Origin: an uncultured Candidatus Rokubacteria bacterium | GTDB lineage: Bacteria > Methylomirabilota > Methylomirabilia > Rokubacteriales > CSP1-6 | DNA length: 64,000 nucleotides | Assembly (NCBI GenBank): GCA_963747235.1 | Contig: CAVVEU010000033.1 | Coordinates: forward strand, 288,001-352,000 | Direction: 5' to 3' | Part shown: piece by piece, positions 51,043-59,973 of the stretch | Layout: every line of letters starts with the position of its first letter | Position numbering within the stretch: position 1 is the first letter of the stretch | Notes under the pieces: generated by a model | What the model was told of the DNA's origin: nothing | Seen by the model: only the letters and a program-made list of their open reading frames with translations | Database searches by the model: none | Program-made: the position numbers and the translations under genes

Positions 51043-52122
51043 TCCGCAGCGACGTGATCGGGAGCCTCCTCCGGCCGCCCGCCCTCAAGGAGGCCCGCCA
51101 GCGCCTGGAGCGCGGCGAGCTCTCCGCCGCCGCGTTCAAGCAGGTCGAGGACCGCGCGGTGGACGACGCGGTGCGCCTGCAGGAGGACGCCGGCCTCGAC
51201 GTGGTCACCGACGGCGAGCTGCGCCGCTACGCCTTCTTCGGCCATCTGATCGACGCGCTCGACGGCTTCGACAAGCTGGGCGGCTGGGCCATCCCGTTCC
51301 ACAACGAGCAGGGCGAGCGGCTCGTCTTCAAGCGCCCGGTGGTCGTCGAGAAGCTCCGCTGGCGCCGCAGCATGTGCACCGAGGAGTTCGTCTACCTGCG
51401 CGCGCGCACGACGCGGCCCACCAAGGTCACGCTGATCAGCAGCCAGCAGGCCGCCGCCTACTACGATCCCGAGAAGTCCACCGGCGCCTACCCGACGCGC
51501 GACGCCTACCTGGCCGACATCGTGGATCTCACGCGGCGCGAGGTGGCCGGAGCTGGTCGCGCTCGGCTGCACCTACATCCAGATCGACGCGCCCCAGTAC
51601 GCGGCGCTGCTCGATCCCGAGCTCCGCGAGGGCTACCGCCAGCGCGGCAGCGATCCCGACCGCCTGATCGACGCGTGCATCGAGATGGATAACGCGGTGA
51701 TCGGCACGCACCCCGGCGTCACCTTCGGCCTGCACATCTGCCGCGGCAACAACCAGTCCATGTTCTACGCCAGCGGCGGCTACGAGCCGATCGCGCGCGT
51801 GTTCACCCGGAGCCGCTTCCAGCGCTTCCTGCTCGAGTACGACGACGCGCGCTCGGGCGGCTTCGAGCCGCTGCGCGCGATGCCGGACGACCGCACGGTG
51901 GTCCTCGGCCTCGTGACGACCAAGATGCCGCGCCTCGAGTCGGTGGCCGAGCTACGCGCCCGCGTGGAGGAGGCCGCCCGCTACCTCCCGCTCGAGCGGC
52001 TCGCGCTCAGCCCGCAGTGCGGCTTCGCCTCGACCATGGAGGGCAACCGGATCTCGCCAGAGGAGCAGCGGGCCAAGCTCCACCGCGTGGCCGAGACCGC
52101 CCGATCGATCTGGACCGCCTGA
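51039..52122 (+). CDS. cobalamin-independent methionine synthase II family (YxjG/H-like) Zn enzyme, frameshift near 51545
   Basis: DVIGSLLRP, QEDAGLDVVTDGELRR, YIQIDAP, HICRGN, LEYD, LSPQCGFAS. Confidence 0.88.
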
Positions 52123-52151
52123 TTCCACGCATCGACTTCAAGGAGACCAAC

Positions 52152-53333
52152 ATGAGAATGCTCGCCCTGCTCGCGCTCGCCCTGCTCGGCCTCGCTCCGA
52201 CCGCCGTCTGGGCTCAGACCGTGAAGATGGGTGCGGTGGTCCCGCTCACCGGCCGCTACGGCGCGGGCGGCGCCCAGATCCGCGCCGGCTACGAGATCGC
52301 GGTGGAGCAGATCAACGCGGCCGGCGGTATCACCGTCGGCTCCGCCAAGCTGCCGATCGAGCTGATCCTGCAGGACGACGAGTCCGACGCCACCAAGACT
52401 GTCGCGCGGCTCGAGGGCCTGGCGGCCCAGGGCGTGGCGGGCTACCTCGGCGGCTTCGGCTCCGACCTGCACGCGGCCGCCGCCTCGGTGGCGGAGAAGA
52501 ACCGCGTGCCGTACCTGGGCGTGGCCTTCGCGCTGCAGAAGATTCACCAGCAGGGCTTCCGCTATCTCTTCTCGCCGTTCTGGAAGTCCCCCGATATCGG
52601 CCAGGCCACCCAGGGGCTGCTCGGCCTCATCCCGGCGGCGGAGCGGCCGAAGACCGTCGCGATCTTCCAGGAGAAGACCGACTGGGGCCGCGAGATGGCG
52701 GCGGCGTGGACGGAAACGGGCAAGACCGCCGGCTACCAGGTGGTGGTCACCGGCGAGTACGCGCCGGGCGCCAAGGACTTCTCCGACATCATCCTGAAGG
52801 CCCGGACCGCGAACGCGGACGCGGTGCTGGCGCTGCCCACCCCGCCCGACGGCATGACCATCGTCAAGCAGATGAAGGAGCTCGGCTACACGCCGAAGCT
52901 CGCGCTCTTCATCCGCGCCCCGGACGCCCAGATCTGGGCGCAGAACCTCGGCAAGGACGGCGACTTCATGGTGCTCGCGGCGGGCTGGCACCACGCCATG
53001 ACGGGCGCCGGCGTGAAGGAGCTGAACGACGCGCACCAGAAGAGATTCAACCGCCCGGCCGATCCGCTGGTGGGCCCGGCCTACGCGTGCGTGCAGATCC
53101 TGGCCGCGGCGGTCACGCGCGCGGGCGGGGCCGACCGGGAGAAGATCCGTGATGCCGTCGCCGCCACCAGCATGAACACGGTGATCGGCGCGGTGAAGTT
53201 CCGGCCGGACGGCACCGGCATCGTGCCGCAGGCGCTGCTGCAGTGGATCAACGGCAAGCAGGAGCTGGTGTGGCCGAAGGACGCCGCCACCGCCCCGCTC
53301 GCCTTCCCCGCGCCGCCCTTCGCGAAGCGCTAG
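52152..53333 (+). CDS. branched-chain amino acid ABC substrate-binding protein
   Basis: Sec signal; VKMGAVVPLTGRY, INAAGG, DDES, QW.NGKQELVWP. Confidence 0.9.
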   Translation: MRMLALLALALLGLAPTAVWAQTVKMGAVVPLTGRYGAGGAQIRAGYEIAVEQINAAGGITVGSAKLPIELILQDDESDATKTVARLEGLAAQGVAGYLGGFGSDLHAAAASVAEKNRVPYLGVAFALQKIHQQGFRYLFSPFWKSPDIGQATQGLLGLIPAAERPKTVAIFQEKTDWGREMAAAWTETGKTAGYQVVVTGEYAPGAKDFSDIILKARTANADAVLALPTPPDGMTIVKQMKELGYTPKLALFIRAPDAQIWAQNLGKDGDFMVLAAGWHHAMTGAGVKELNDAHQKRFNRPADPLVGPAYACVQILAAAVTRAGGADREKIRDAVAATSMNTVIGAVKFRPDGTGIVPQALLQWINGKQELVWPKDAATAPLAFPAPPFAKR

Positions 53334-53334
53334 G

Positions 53335-54351
53335 GTGCGGACGCTCGTCTTCCTGGAGGCGGGCCGGCTCGAGTGGCAGGAGGCGCCCGACGCGGCGCTC
53401 GAGACGGCGGATGACGCCCTCGTCCGGCCGCTGGCGGTGGCCGCCTGCGATCTCGACGTCGCGCTGCTGCGCGGGCTGACCCCGTTCCAGGGGCCGTTCC
53501 CGATCGGCCACGAGTTCGTGGGCGAGGTCGCGGCGGTGGGCTCCGCGGTGACCGGCTTCGCCCCCGGCGACCGCGTCATCGTGCCGTTCCAGATCGGCTG
53601 CGGTGCCTGCGCCTGCTGCCGCTCCGGCCGCACCGGGAGCTGCGAGAGCGTGCCGCCCGTGTCCATGTATGGCTTCGAGCCCCTGGGCGGCCGCTGGGGC
53701 GGGGCGCTGTCCGACCTGGTGCGCGTGCCCTACGCCACGCATATGCTCGTCCGCCTGCCCGCCGGCCTCGATCCGGCCACGGTGGCCAGCATCAGCGACA
53801 ATGTCGCCGACGGCTGGCGCGCCGTCGGCCCGCCGCTCGCGGAGTACCCGGGGGCGCGCGTGCTGGTGCTGGGCGGCATCGGCAGCGTCCCGCTCTACGC
53901 GGTGGCCTGCGCCCTGGCGGCCGGCGCCGCGCGAGTGGACTACGTGGACCCCAATGGCGACCGCGCCGCGGTGGCGGAGGCCCTCGGCGCGAGCGTGAGC
54001 CGCCGGCCGCCCACCACGCGCGAGACCTACCCGATCACGGTGGACGGCAGTAATGATCCGCGCGGCCTGCGGCGCGCGCTCCAGTCGCTCGAGCCCGAGG
54101 GCATCTGCACCAGCGTCAGCATCTACTTCGGCGGGGACGTTCCCCTGCCGCTGCTGTCCATGTACACGCGCGGCGTCCGCTTCGTCACCGGCCGGGTGAA
54201 CTCGCGCGCCGCGCTGCCCCGCGTGCTGGAGCTGGTCGCGAGCGCCGGGCTCCGTCCCGAGCGCGTCACCTCCGAGATCATCCCGTGGGACCGGGCCGCG
54301 GAGGCGCTGGCGCGGCCGTCGCTGAAGCCGATCGTGGTCCGCGGCGCCTGA
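53335..54351 (+). CDS. zinc-dependent (MDR) alcohol dehydrogenase, FDH-like
   Basis: ACDLD, GHEFVGEV, CGACACCRSGRTGSC structural Zn, SDN. Confidence 0.88.
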   Translation: MRTLVFLEAGRLEWQEAPDAALETADDALVRPLAVAACDLDVALLRGLTPFQGPFPIGHEFVGEVAAVGSAVTGFAPGDRVIVPFQIGCGACACCRSGRTGSCESVPPVSMYGFEPLGGRWGGALSDLVRVPYATHMLVRLPAGLDPATVASISDNVADGWRAVGPPLAEYPGARVLVLGGIGSVPLYAVACALAAGAARVDYVDPNGDRAAVAEALGASVSRRPPTTRETYPITVDGSNDPRGLRRALQSLEPEGICTSVSIYFGGDVPLPLLSMYTRGVRFVTGRVNSRAALPRVLELVASAGLRPERVTSEIIPWDRAAEALARPSLKPIVVRGA

Positions 54352-54357
54352 GCGGGC

Positions 54358-55095
54358 GTGGCGCTCCTGGAAGTCGAGCGGCTGTCCAAGGGCTTCGGCG
54401 GCGTCCTCGCGGTCAGCGACGTCAGCTTCACGATCGAGCCCGGCGAGCTGCTCGGCATCATGGGGCCGAACGGCTCCGGCAAGACCACGCTCTTCAACCT
54501 GATCGCGGGCGCCCTGCGGCCCGATCGCGGGCGCATCCGGCTCCAGGGCCGCGACGTGGCCGGGCTCGCTCCGCACCGGCTCTGCGCGCGCGGCGTGGCC
54601 CGCACCTTTCAGCTCGTCCGGCCCTTCGCCGGCCTCTCCGCGCTCGATAACGTGCGCGTGGGCTGCCTCTACGGCCGCAAGCGCGGCGGCGGGAGCGCGG
54701 GCGCGGAGGCGGCGCGCCTGCTCGCGCTGGTCGGCCTCGAGGGCCGGGCCGCGACGCCGGCCTCCGCGCTGACCCTGATGGATCGCAAGCGCCTCGAGCT
54801 GGCGCGGGCGCTGGCCACCGGGCCCGAGCTCCTGCTGCTGGACGAGTTCATGGCCGGGCTCAATCCGGCCGAGACGGCGGCCGCGATGGCCCTGATCCGG
54901 CGCCTGGTCGCCGACGGCCTCACCGTGCTGATGGTGGAGCACATCGTGTGGGCGCTGATGGACCTCGCGCAGCGGATCATGGTGCTGAGCGCGGGCGAGA
55001 AGATCGCGGATGGCTCGCCCGCCGTGGTGGCCGCCGACGCCCGCGTGGTGGACGTCTACCTGGGGGCCGCGCGGCCGCCCGACGCGCATGCGTGA
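54358..55095 (+). CDS. livG: LivG-like ABC ATPase
   Basis: GPNGSGKTT, ARTFQ, LLDE, VEH, YLG. Confidence 0.9.
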   Translation: MALLEVERLSKGFGGVLAVSDVSFTIEPGELLGIMGPNGSGKTTLFNLIAGALRPDRGRIRLQGRDVAGLAPHRLCARGVARTFQLVRPFAGLSALDNVRVGCLYGRKRGGGSAGAEAARLLALVGLEGRAATPASALTLMDRKRLELARALATGPELLLLDEFMAGLNPAETAAAMALIRRLVADGLTVLMVEHIVWALMDLAQRIMVLSAGEKIADGSPAVVAADARVVDVYLGAARPPDAHA

Positions 55096-55103
55096 GGACG
55101 CGC

Positions 55104-55823
55104 ATGCTTGAGATCGAGGGCCTCGAAGCGGCCTACGGCGACGTCCGCGTGCTCTCCGGCGTGACGCTCTCGGTGCGGCCCGGCGAGATCGTCGCGCTGC
55201 TCGGCCCCAACGGCGCGGGCAAGAGCACACTGCTGGCCTGCGTGGCCGGCCTCGTGCGGCCGCGCGCCGGCCGCATCCGCTGGGAAGGCGAGGACCTGCG
55301 CGCGGTGCCCGCGCACCTGATCGTGGAGCGCGGCCTCGCCATCGTGCCCGAGGGCCGCCGGCTCTTCGCGAGCATGACGGTGGAGGACAACCTGGAGCTG
55401 GGCGCCTTCTCCCCGCGCGCCCGCGCCGCGCGCCGCGAGAGCTACGAGCGCGTCTACGCGCTCTTCCCCGCCCTGCGTGAGCGCCGGCGGCAGATCGTGC
55501 GCGCGCTCTCGGGCGGCCAGCAGCAGATGGTGGCGGTGGGCCGCGCGCTGATGGCGAGCCCGCGCCTGCTCATGCTGGACGAGCCGTCGCTCGGCATCGC
55601 GCCCCAGCTCGTGCGCGCGATCCTGGACGCGCTGGCCGAGATCAACCGCGCGGGCGTGGCGATCTTCCTGATCGAGCAGAACGTGCGCGCGGCCCTCACT
55701 CTGGCCCACCGCGCCTACATCCTCGAGGGCGGGCGGGTGGCGGGCGAGGGCGGCGGCGCCGAGCTGCTGCGCGACCCGCACGTGCGACGCGCCTATCTGG
55801 GGCCGCTCGCGGTCGGCGAGTGA
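55104..55823 (+). CDS. livF: LivF-like ABC ATPase
   Basis: GPNGAGKST, VPEGRRLF, LSGGQQQM, LDEPSLG, EQN, VRRAYLG. Confidence 0.9.
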   Translation: MLEIEGLEAAYGDVRVLSGVTLSVRPGEIVALLGPNGAGKSTLLACVAGLVRPRAGRIRWEGEDLRAVPAHLIVERGLAIVPEGRRLFASMTVEDNLELGAFSPRARAARRESYERVYALFPALRERRRQIVRALSGGQQQMVAVGRALMASPRLLMLDEPSLGIAPQLVRAILDALAEINRAGVAIFLIEQNVRAALTLAHRAYILEGGRVAGEGGGAELLRDPHVRRAYLGPLAVGE

Positions 55824-56713
55824 TGGACGGGATCGCGCTCACCGTCCTGGCGCAGCAGATCGTGCTCGGCCTGCTCCTGGGCGGGCTCTACGGCCTCGCC
55901 GCCGCGGGCCTCTCGCTCGTCTTCGGCGTGCTCAAGGTACTGGACGTGGCCCACGGCGAGCTGATCATGCTGGGCGGCTACGGCACCTACTGGCTCTTCG
56001 CCCTGCTCCGCATGGATCCCTTCGCGTCGCTGCTCGTGGTCATCCCGGCCACGCTCGTGCTGGGGGCGGTGCTCTACGCCGTCCTGTTCGGCTTCGTGGT
56101 CCGCGCCCACGAGGAGACCCGCATCAAGAACTCGCTGCTGGTCGGCTTCGGCCTCGCCCTGGCCCTGCACGCGCTGGCGCTCCAGCTCTGGACCGCGGAC
56201 GATCGCTCGGTGACCACGGCCTACAGCGGCGCGGTGCTCCACGTGGGGCCGCTCGCCGTCCCGGTGATCCGGCTGGTCAGCCTGGCCGTCGCCTTCGCGC
56301 TGATCGCGGGGCTCCATCTGCTGCTCGCCCGCTGGCGCTGGGGCAAGGCCATCCGCGCCACCGCGGAGGACTGGCAGGCCGCGCTGCTCACCGGCATCGA
56401 CGTGCGGCGCGCCTACCTGCTGGCCTTCGCCATCGGCACCGCGCTCGCGGGGGCGGCGGGCACCCTGGTGAGCGTCGGCTACTCGATCAGCCCGGCCATC
56501 GGGCTCGAGTGGACGCTCAAGGCCCTGATCGTGGTGGTGCTGGCCGGCCTCGGCTCCATGCTGGGCACCTTCGCGGCCGGCCTGTTCGTGGGCGTGGCCG
56601 AGGCGCTCAGCGCCGCCGCCTTCGGCGGCCCCTATCGCGAGGTCGTGGGCCTGGTGATCTTCGTCGTGGTGCTCGTGCTCAGGCCGCAAGGCCTGTTCGG
56701 GAAACCTCGATGA
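55820..56713 (+). CDS. livH: LivH-like permease
   Basis: GLSLVFGVLKVLDVAHGE, GKAIRA, VVVLAGLGS, RPQGLFG. Confidence 0.9.
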   Translation: MMDGIALTVLAQQIVLGLLLGGLYGLAAAGLSLVFGVLKVLDVAHGELIMLGGYGTYWLFALLRMDPFASLLVVIPATLVLGAVLYAVLFGFVVRAHEETRIKNSLLVGFGLALALHALALQLWTADDRSVTTAYSGAVLHVGPLAVPVIRLVSLAVAFALIAGLHLLLARWRWGKAIRATAEDWQAALLTGIDVRRAYLLAFAIGTALAGAAGTLVSVGYSISPAIGLEWTLKALIVVVLAGLGSMLGTFAAGLFVGVAEALSAAAFGGPYREVVGLVIFVVVLVLRPQGLFGKPR

Positions 56714-57651
56714 CCGGTGAGCGCGCGTGGACAGTGGGGATACTCTTGGGCTTCGCGGCGCTCGCGCCGTTGCCGCTGCTGGTCCGCCGCGACGACGTGC
56801 TGAACTTCGTGCTGCTGGTCCTGCTCTCGATCACGATGGCCCAGAGCTGGAACATCATCGCGGGCTACGCGGGCCAGGTGAACCTGGGGCACGCCGCCTT
56901 CTTCGGCCTGGGCGCGCTGACCGCGCGCACCCTCTGGATCGCGGGGACGCCGATCCCGCTCGCGATGGGCGCGGGCGCGCTGGTGGCCGTGGCCCTCGCG
57001 CTGCTCATCGGCGCGGCCGCCTTCCGGCTCCGGGGGGCCTACTTCGCGATCGGCACGCTCGCCCTGGGGGAGATCCTGCGCACGTTCGTGAGCAACACGC
57101 TGCCCGAGATCTCGACGCTGCCCGCGGCCAGCATCGCGGGCTACCGGCTCGCGCCGCGCTACTACCTGGCGCTGGCGCTGGCCGCGCTGTCGGTGGTGGC
57201 GGTGGCCGCGCTCGCCGGCTCGCGCCTCGGACTCGGGATGCAGGCCATCCGCGAGGACGAGGACGCGGCGGAGGCCAGCGGGGTCGCCGCGCTGGCCCTC
57301 AAGCTGCGGGCGCTCGTGCTCTCGACCGCGCTGGCCGGGCTCGCGGGCGGCTTCTTCGCCTACTACCACATCAGCTACTATCCGTCGCATCCGTTCGGGC
57401 CACACTGGACCTTCGAGGCGCTGCTCATGACGTTCATCGGCGGCGTCGGCACCCTGCACGGCCCGGTGCTGGGCGCGGTGCTCTACGTGCTGCTCAAGGA
57501 GTACCTGACCGTGCGCTGGGTGGACTTTCACCTCTTGATCTTCGGCGTGCTCTTCATCGCCATCGTGCTGATCTTCCCGGGCGGCCTCGTGCAGGCCACC
57601 GAGGGCGCGCGGCGGTGGCTCGCGCGCCGACGAGGAGCTTCCACGACATGA
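56710..57651 (+). CDS. livM: LivM-like permease
   Basis: WNIIAGYAGQVNLGHAAFFG, RLRGAYFAIGT, AIREDEDAAEASG, IGGVGT..GPVLG. Confidence 0.9.
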   Translation: MTGERAWTVGILLGFAALAPLPLLVRRDDVLNFVLLVLLSITMAQSWNIIAGYAGQVNLGHAAFFGLGALTARTLWIAGTPIPLAMGAGALVAVALALLIGAAAFRLRGAYFAIGTLALGEILRTFVSNTLPEISTLPAASIAGYRLAPRYYLALALAALSVVAVAALAGSRLGLGMQAIREDEDAAEASGVAALALKLRALVLSTALAGLAGGFFAYYHISYYPSHPFGPHWTFEALLMTFIGGVGTLHGPVLGAVLYVLLKEYLTVRWVDFHLLIFGVLFIAIVLIFPGGLVQATEGARRWLARRRGASTT

Positions 57652-58037
57652 CCGAACGCATTCCGCTGCTCCAGCTTGGCTCGCTCCAGAGTCGCCTGCC
57701 CGAGCTCATCGCGAAGAAGGGCGCGCCGCCCTGGTCGGAGGCGGTCGTGCTGACCGACGACATCCAGGCCTTCCTGATCTGCCACCCGCCCGGCCAGCCC
57801 AACGACACCCACTACCACCATCACGACGAGTGGTGGATCGTGCTCCAGGGCGAGATCGACTGGTACATCGAGGGTGAGACCGCGCCCATTCACGCGCGCG
57901 CGGGCGACTTCGTCTTCGGCCCGAAGCACCTCTGGCATCATCTGGAGCCGGTGGGCACCACGCCCAGCATCCGCGTCGCGATCAACGCGCGGGGCGAGTT
58001 CCACCGCTACGACCGCCCGGGCTGCAAGCCTCTCTGA
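57648..58037 (+). CDS. cupin domain protein
   Basis: THYHHHDEWWIVLQGE, AGDFVFGP..LWH. Confidence 0.85.
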   Translation: MTERIPLLQLGSLQSRLPELIAKKGAPPWSEAVVLTDDIQAFLICHPPGQPNDTHYHHHDEWWIVLQGEIDWYIEGETAPIHARAGDFVFGPKHLWHHLEPVGTTPSIRVAINARGEFHRYDRPGCKPL

Positions 58038-58045
58038 CGCCTGGG

Positions 58046-58979
58046 CTAGGCGGTCGCGTCCGAGGGCTTGCCGACCGCGGCGGGAGCGGGCCCGGCGTGG
58101 GATCTGCCGGCGCCGGTCACCAGGCGCAGCACGGCGGGCGAGAGCTTCGGGTCCAGCGTGTCGCGGATGCCGTCGCCGAGCAGGTTGAACGCGAGCACGG
58201 TGACGGTGATCGCGAGGCCGGGGAAGAGCACCAGCCACCAGTGGGGGCACGAGGCCGGTGATCGCGTCCGCCAGCATGTTCCCCCAGGTCGGCGTGGGCG
58301 GCGGGACGCCGACCCCGAGGAAGCCCAGGGCGGCCTCGATCACGATCGCGACGCCCAGGTGGGTGGTGGCGAGGACCAGGTAGGGCGCGATGCACTGGGG
58401 CAGCACGTGCAGCGTCATCACCCGGAGCTGCGAGGCGCCGGCGGCCCGGCCCGCCTCCACGAAGGGCATCTCCCGCACGCTGATGGCCACCGACCGGATC
58501 ACCCGCCCGCCGAACGGAATGCGGGTGACCGCGATGGCCGCGATGACCGCGGGCAGACCGGTCCCGATGGCCATCGAGATCGCCATGGCCAGGATGAGAT
58601 CGGGGAACGCCTGCAGGACCTCCATGATGCGCTGGCTCACCAGATCGAAGCGCCCGCCCAGGTAGCCGCAGGCCACGCCCCAGAGCGAGCCCACCGTGGT
58701 GCCGAGCAGCACCGCGGAGAACGCCACGAAGAGCGAGGTGCGCGCCCCGTACATCACGCGGCTCAGCGTGTCGCGGCCCACCTGGTCGGTGCCGAAGAAG
58801 GACTGCGCGTCGGGCGGCTTGTTCATCCGCCGGAAGTCCGCCTTCAAGGGCTCGCGCGGGGCGATCCAGGGCGCGGTCAGCGCGACCAGCACGACGAACA
58901 GGCCCACGAGGCCGCCCACGACCGACAGCTTGTTGCGGCGGGCAAAGCCCCCGAGCTCGCGGAGCGCCTGATTCGACAT
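58046..58979 (-). CDS. peptide/nickel ABC permease (DppC-like), frameshift near 58245
   Basis: [63 protein letters not shown]. Confidence 0.9.
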
Positions 58980-58989
58980 GGGCGGACGC

Positions 58990-59946
58990 CTACTGGTACC
59001 GGATCCGGGGATCGAGCCAGGCGTAGCTCATGTCCACCAGGACGTTGACCAGCACGAAGATCCCCGCGTAGAGCAGCACGAGGTTCTGCACCACGACGAT
59101 GTCGCGCTCGACGATGGCCACCACGAGGGCGCGGCCGAGGCCGGGCACCCCGAAGGCCTGCTCGACCGCCACCGAGCCGCCGAGCACGAAGCCCAGCAGG
59201 ACGCCCGAGATCGTGATGACGGGCAGGAGCGCGTTGGGCAGCGCGTGCCGCATCACCACCGAGCGCTCCAGCGTGCCCTTGGCCCGCGCGGTGCGCACGT
59301 AGTCCTCGCGGATCACCTCCAGCAGGCAGGAGCGGGTCATGCGCGCGATGTAGGCGCCCTGGGCCAGCCCGAGCACCATCGCGGGCCCGATGATGAGCTG
59401 GAAGTTCTGCCAGGGGTTCTCCCAGAGCTGCACGATGATGATCGGCGCCTTGTAGCCGAACCAGAAGAGCAGGGCCAGCACGATCAGCAGGCCGAGCCAG
59501 AAGCCGGGCACCGCGATGAAGAGCACCGAGAGCGAGCGCACCATCGCGTCGGCCCAGCCGTTGGGGCGGATCGCGCTCAGGATGCCGACGGGCAGCCCCA
59601 CCAGCCACGAGATGACCAGGGCGAGGATCGCGATCTCGGCGGAGAGCGGCCCGCGGTGGAGGATGAGGTCGCGCACGGTGTCGCCGCGAAAGAACGACTT
59701 GCCGAGCTGCCCGGTGGCGATGTCCCGCATCCAGCGCGCGTACTGCACCGGCAGCGAGTCGGACAGGCCCAGGTCGTGCATGATGGCCGCGCGATCCGCC
59801 GGCGCCATCTTGGCGTGGCCTTCCACGCCGAGGATGGCCACCAGCGGATCGCCCGGCAGGATGCGCAGCACCACGAAGATGATCAGGGAGACCCCGATCA
59901 GGGTGCCCAGGGCGAACAGCGCCCTCCGGAGCAGGTACTTCTGCAC
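58990..59946 (-). CDS. peptide/nickel ABC permease (DppB-like)
   Basis: YLLRR, LPGDP, EDYVRTARAKG, HALPNA, E..F..PGLG, LDPRI. Confidence 0.92.
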   Translation of the reverse strand: MQKYLLRRALFALGTLIGVSLIIFVVLRILPGDPLVAILGVEGHAKMAPADRAAIMHDLGLSDSLPVQYARWMRDIATGQLGKSFFRGDTVRDLILHRGPLSAEIAILALVISWLVGLPVGILSAIRPNGWADAMVRSLSVLFIAVPGFWLGLLIVLALLFWFGYKAPIIIVQLWENPWQNFQLIIGPAMVLGLAQGAYIARMTRSCLLEVIREDYVRTARAKGTLERSVVMRHALPNALLPVITISGVLLGFVLGGSVAVEQAFGVPGLGRALVVAIVERDIVVVQNLVLLYAGIFVLVNVLVDMSYAWLDPRIRYQ

Positions 59947-59973
59947 GAGCGAAGGCTCGGGTCTGGGGCTACC

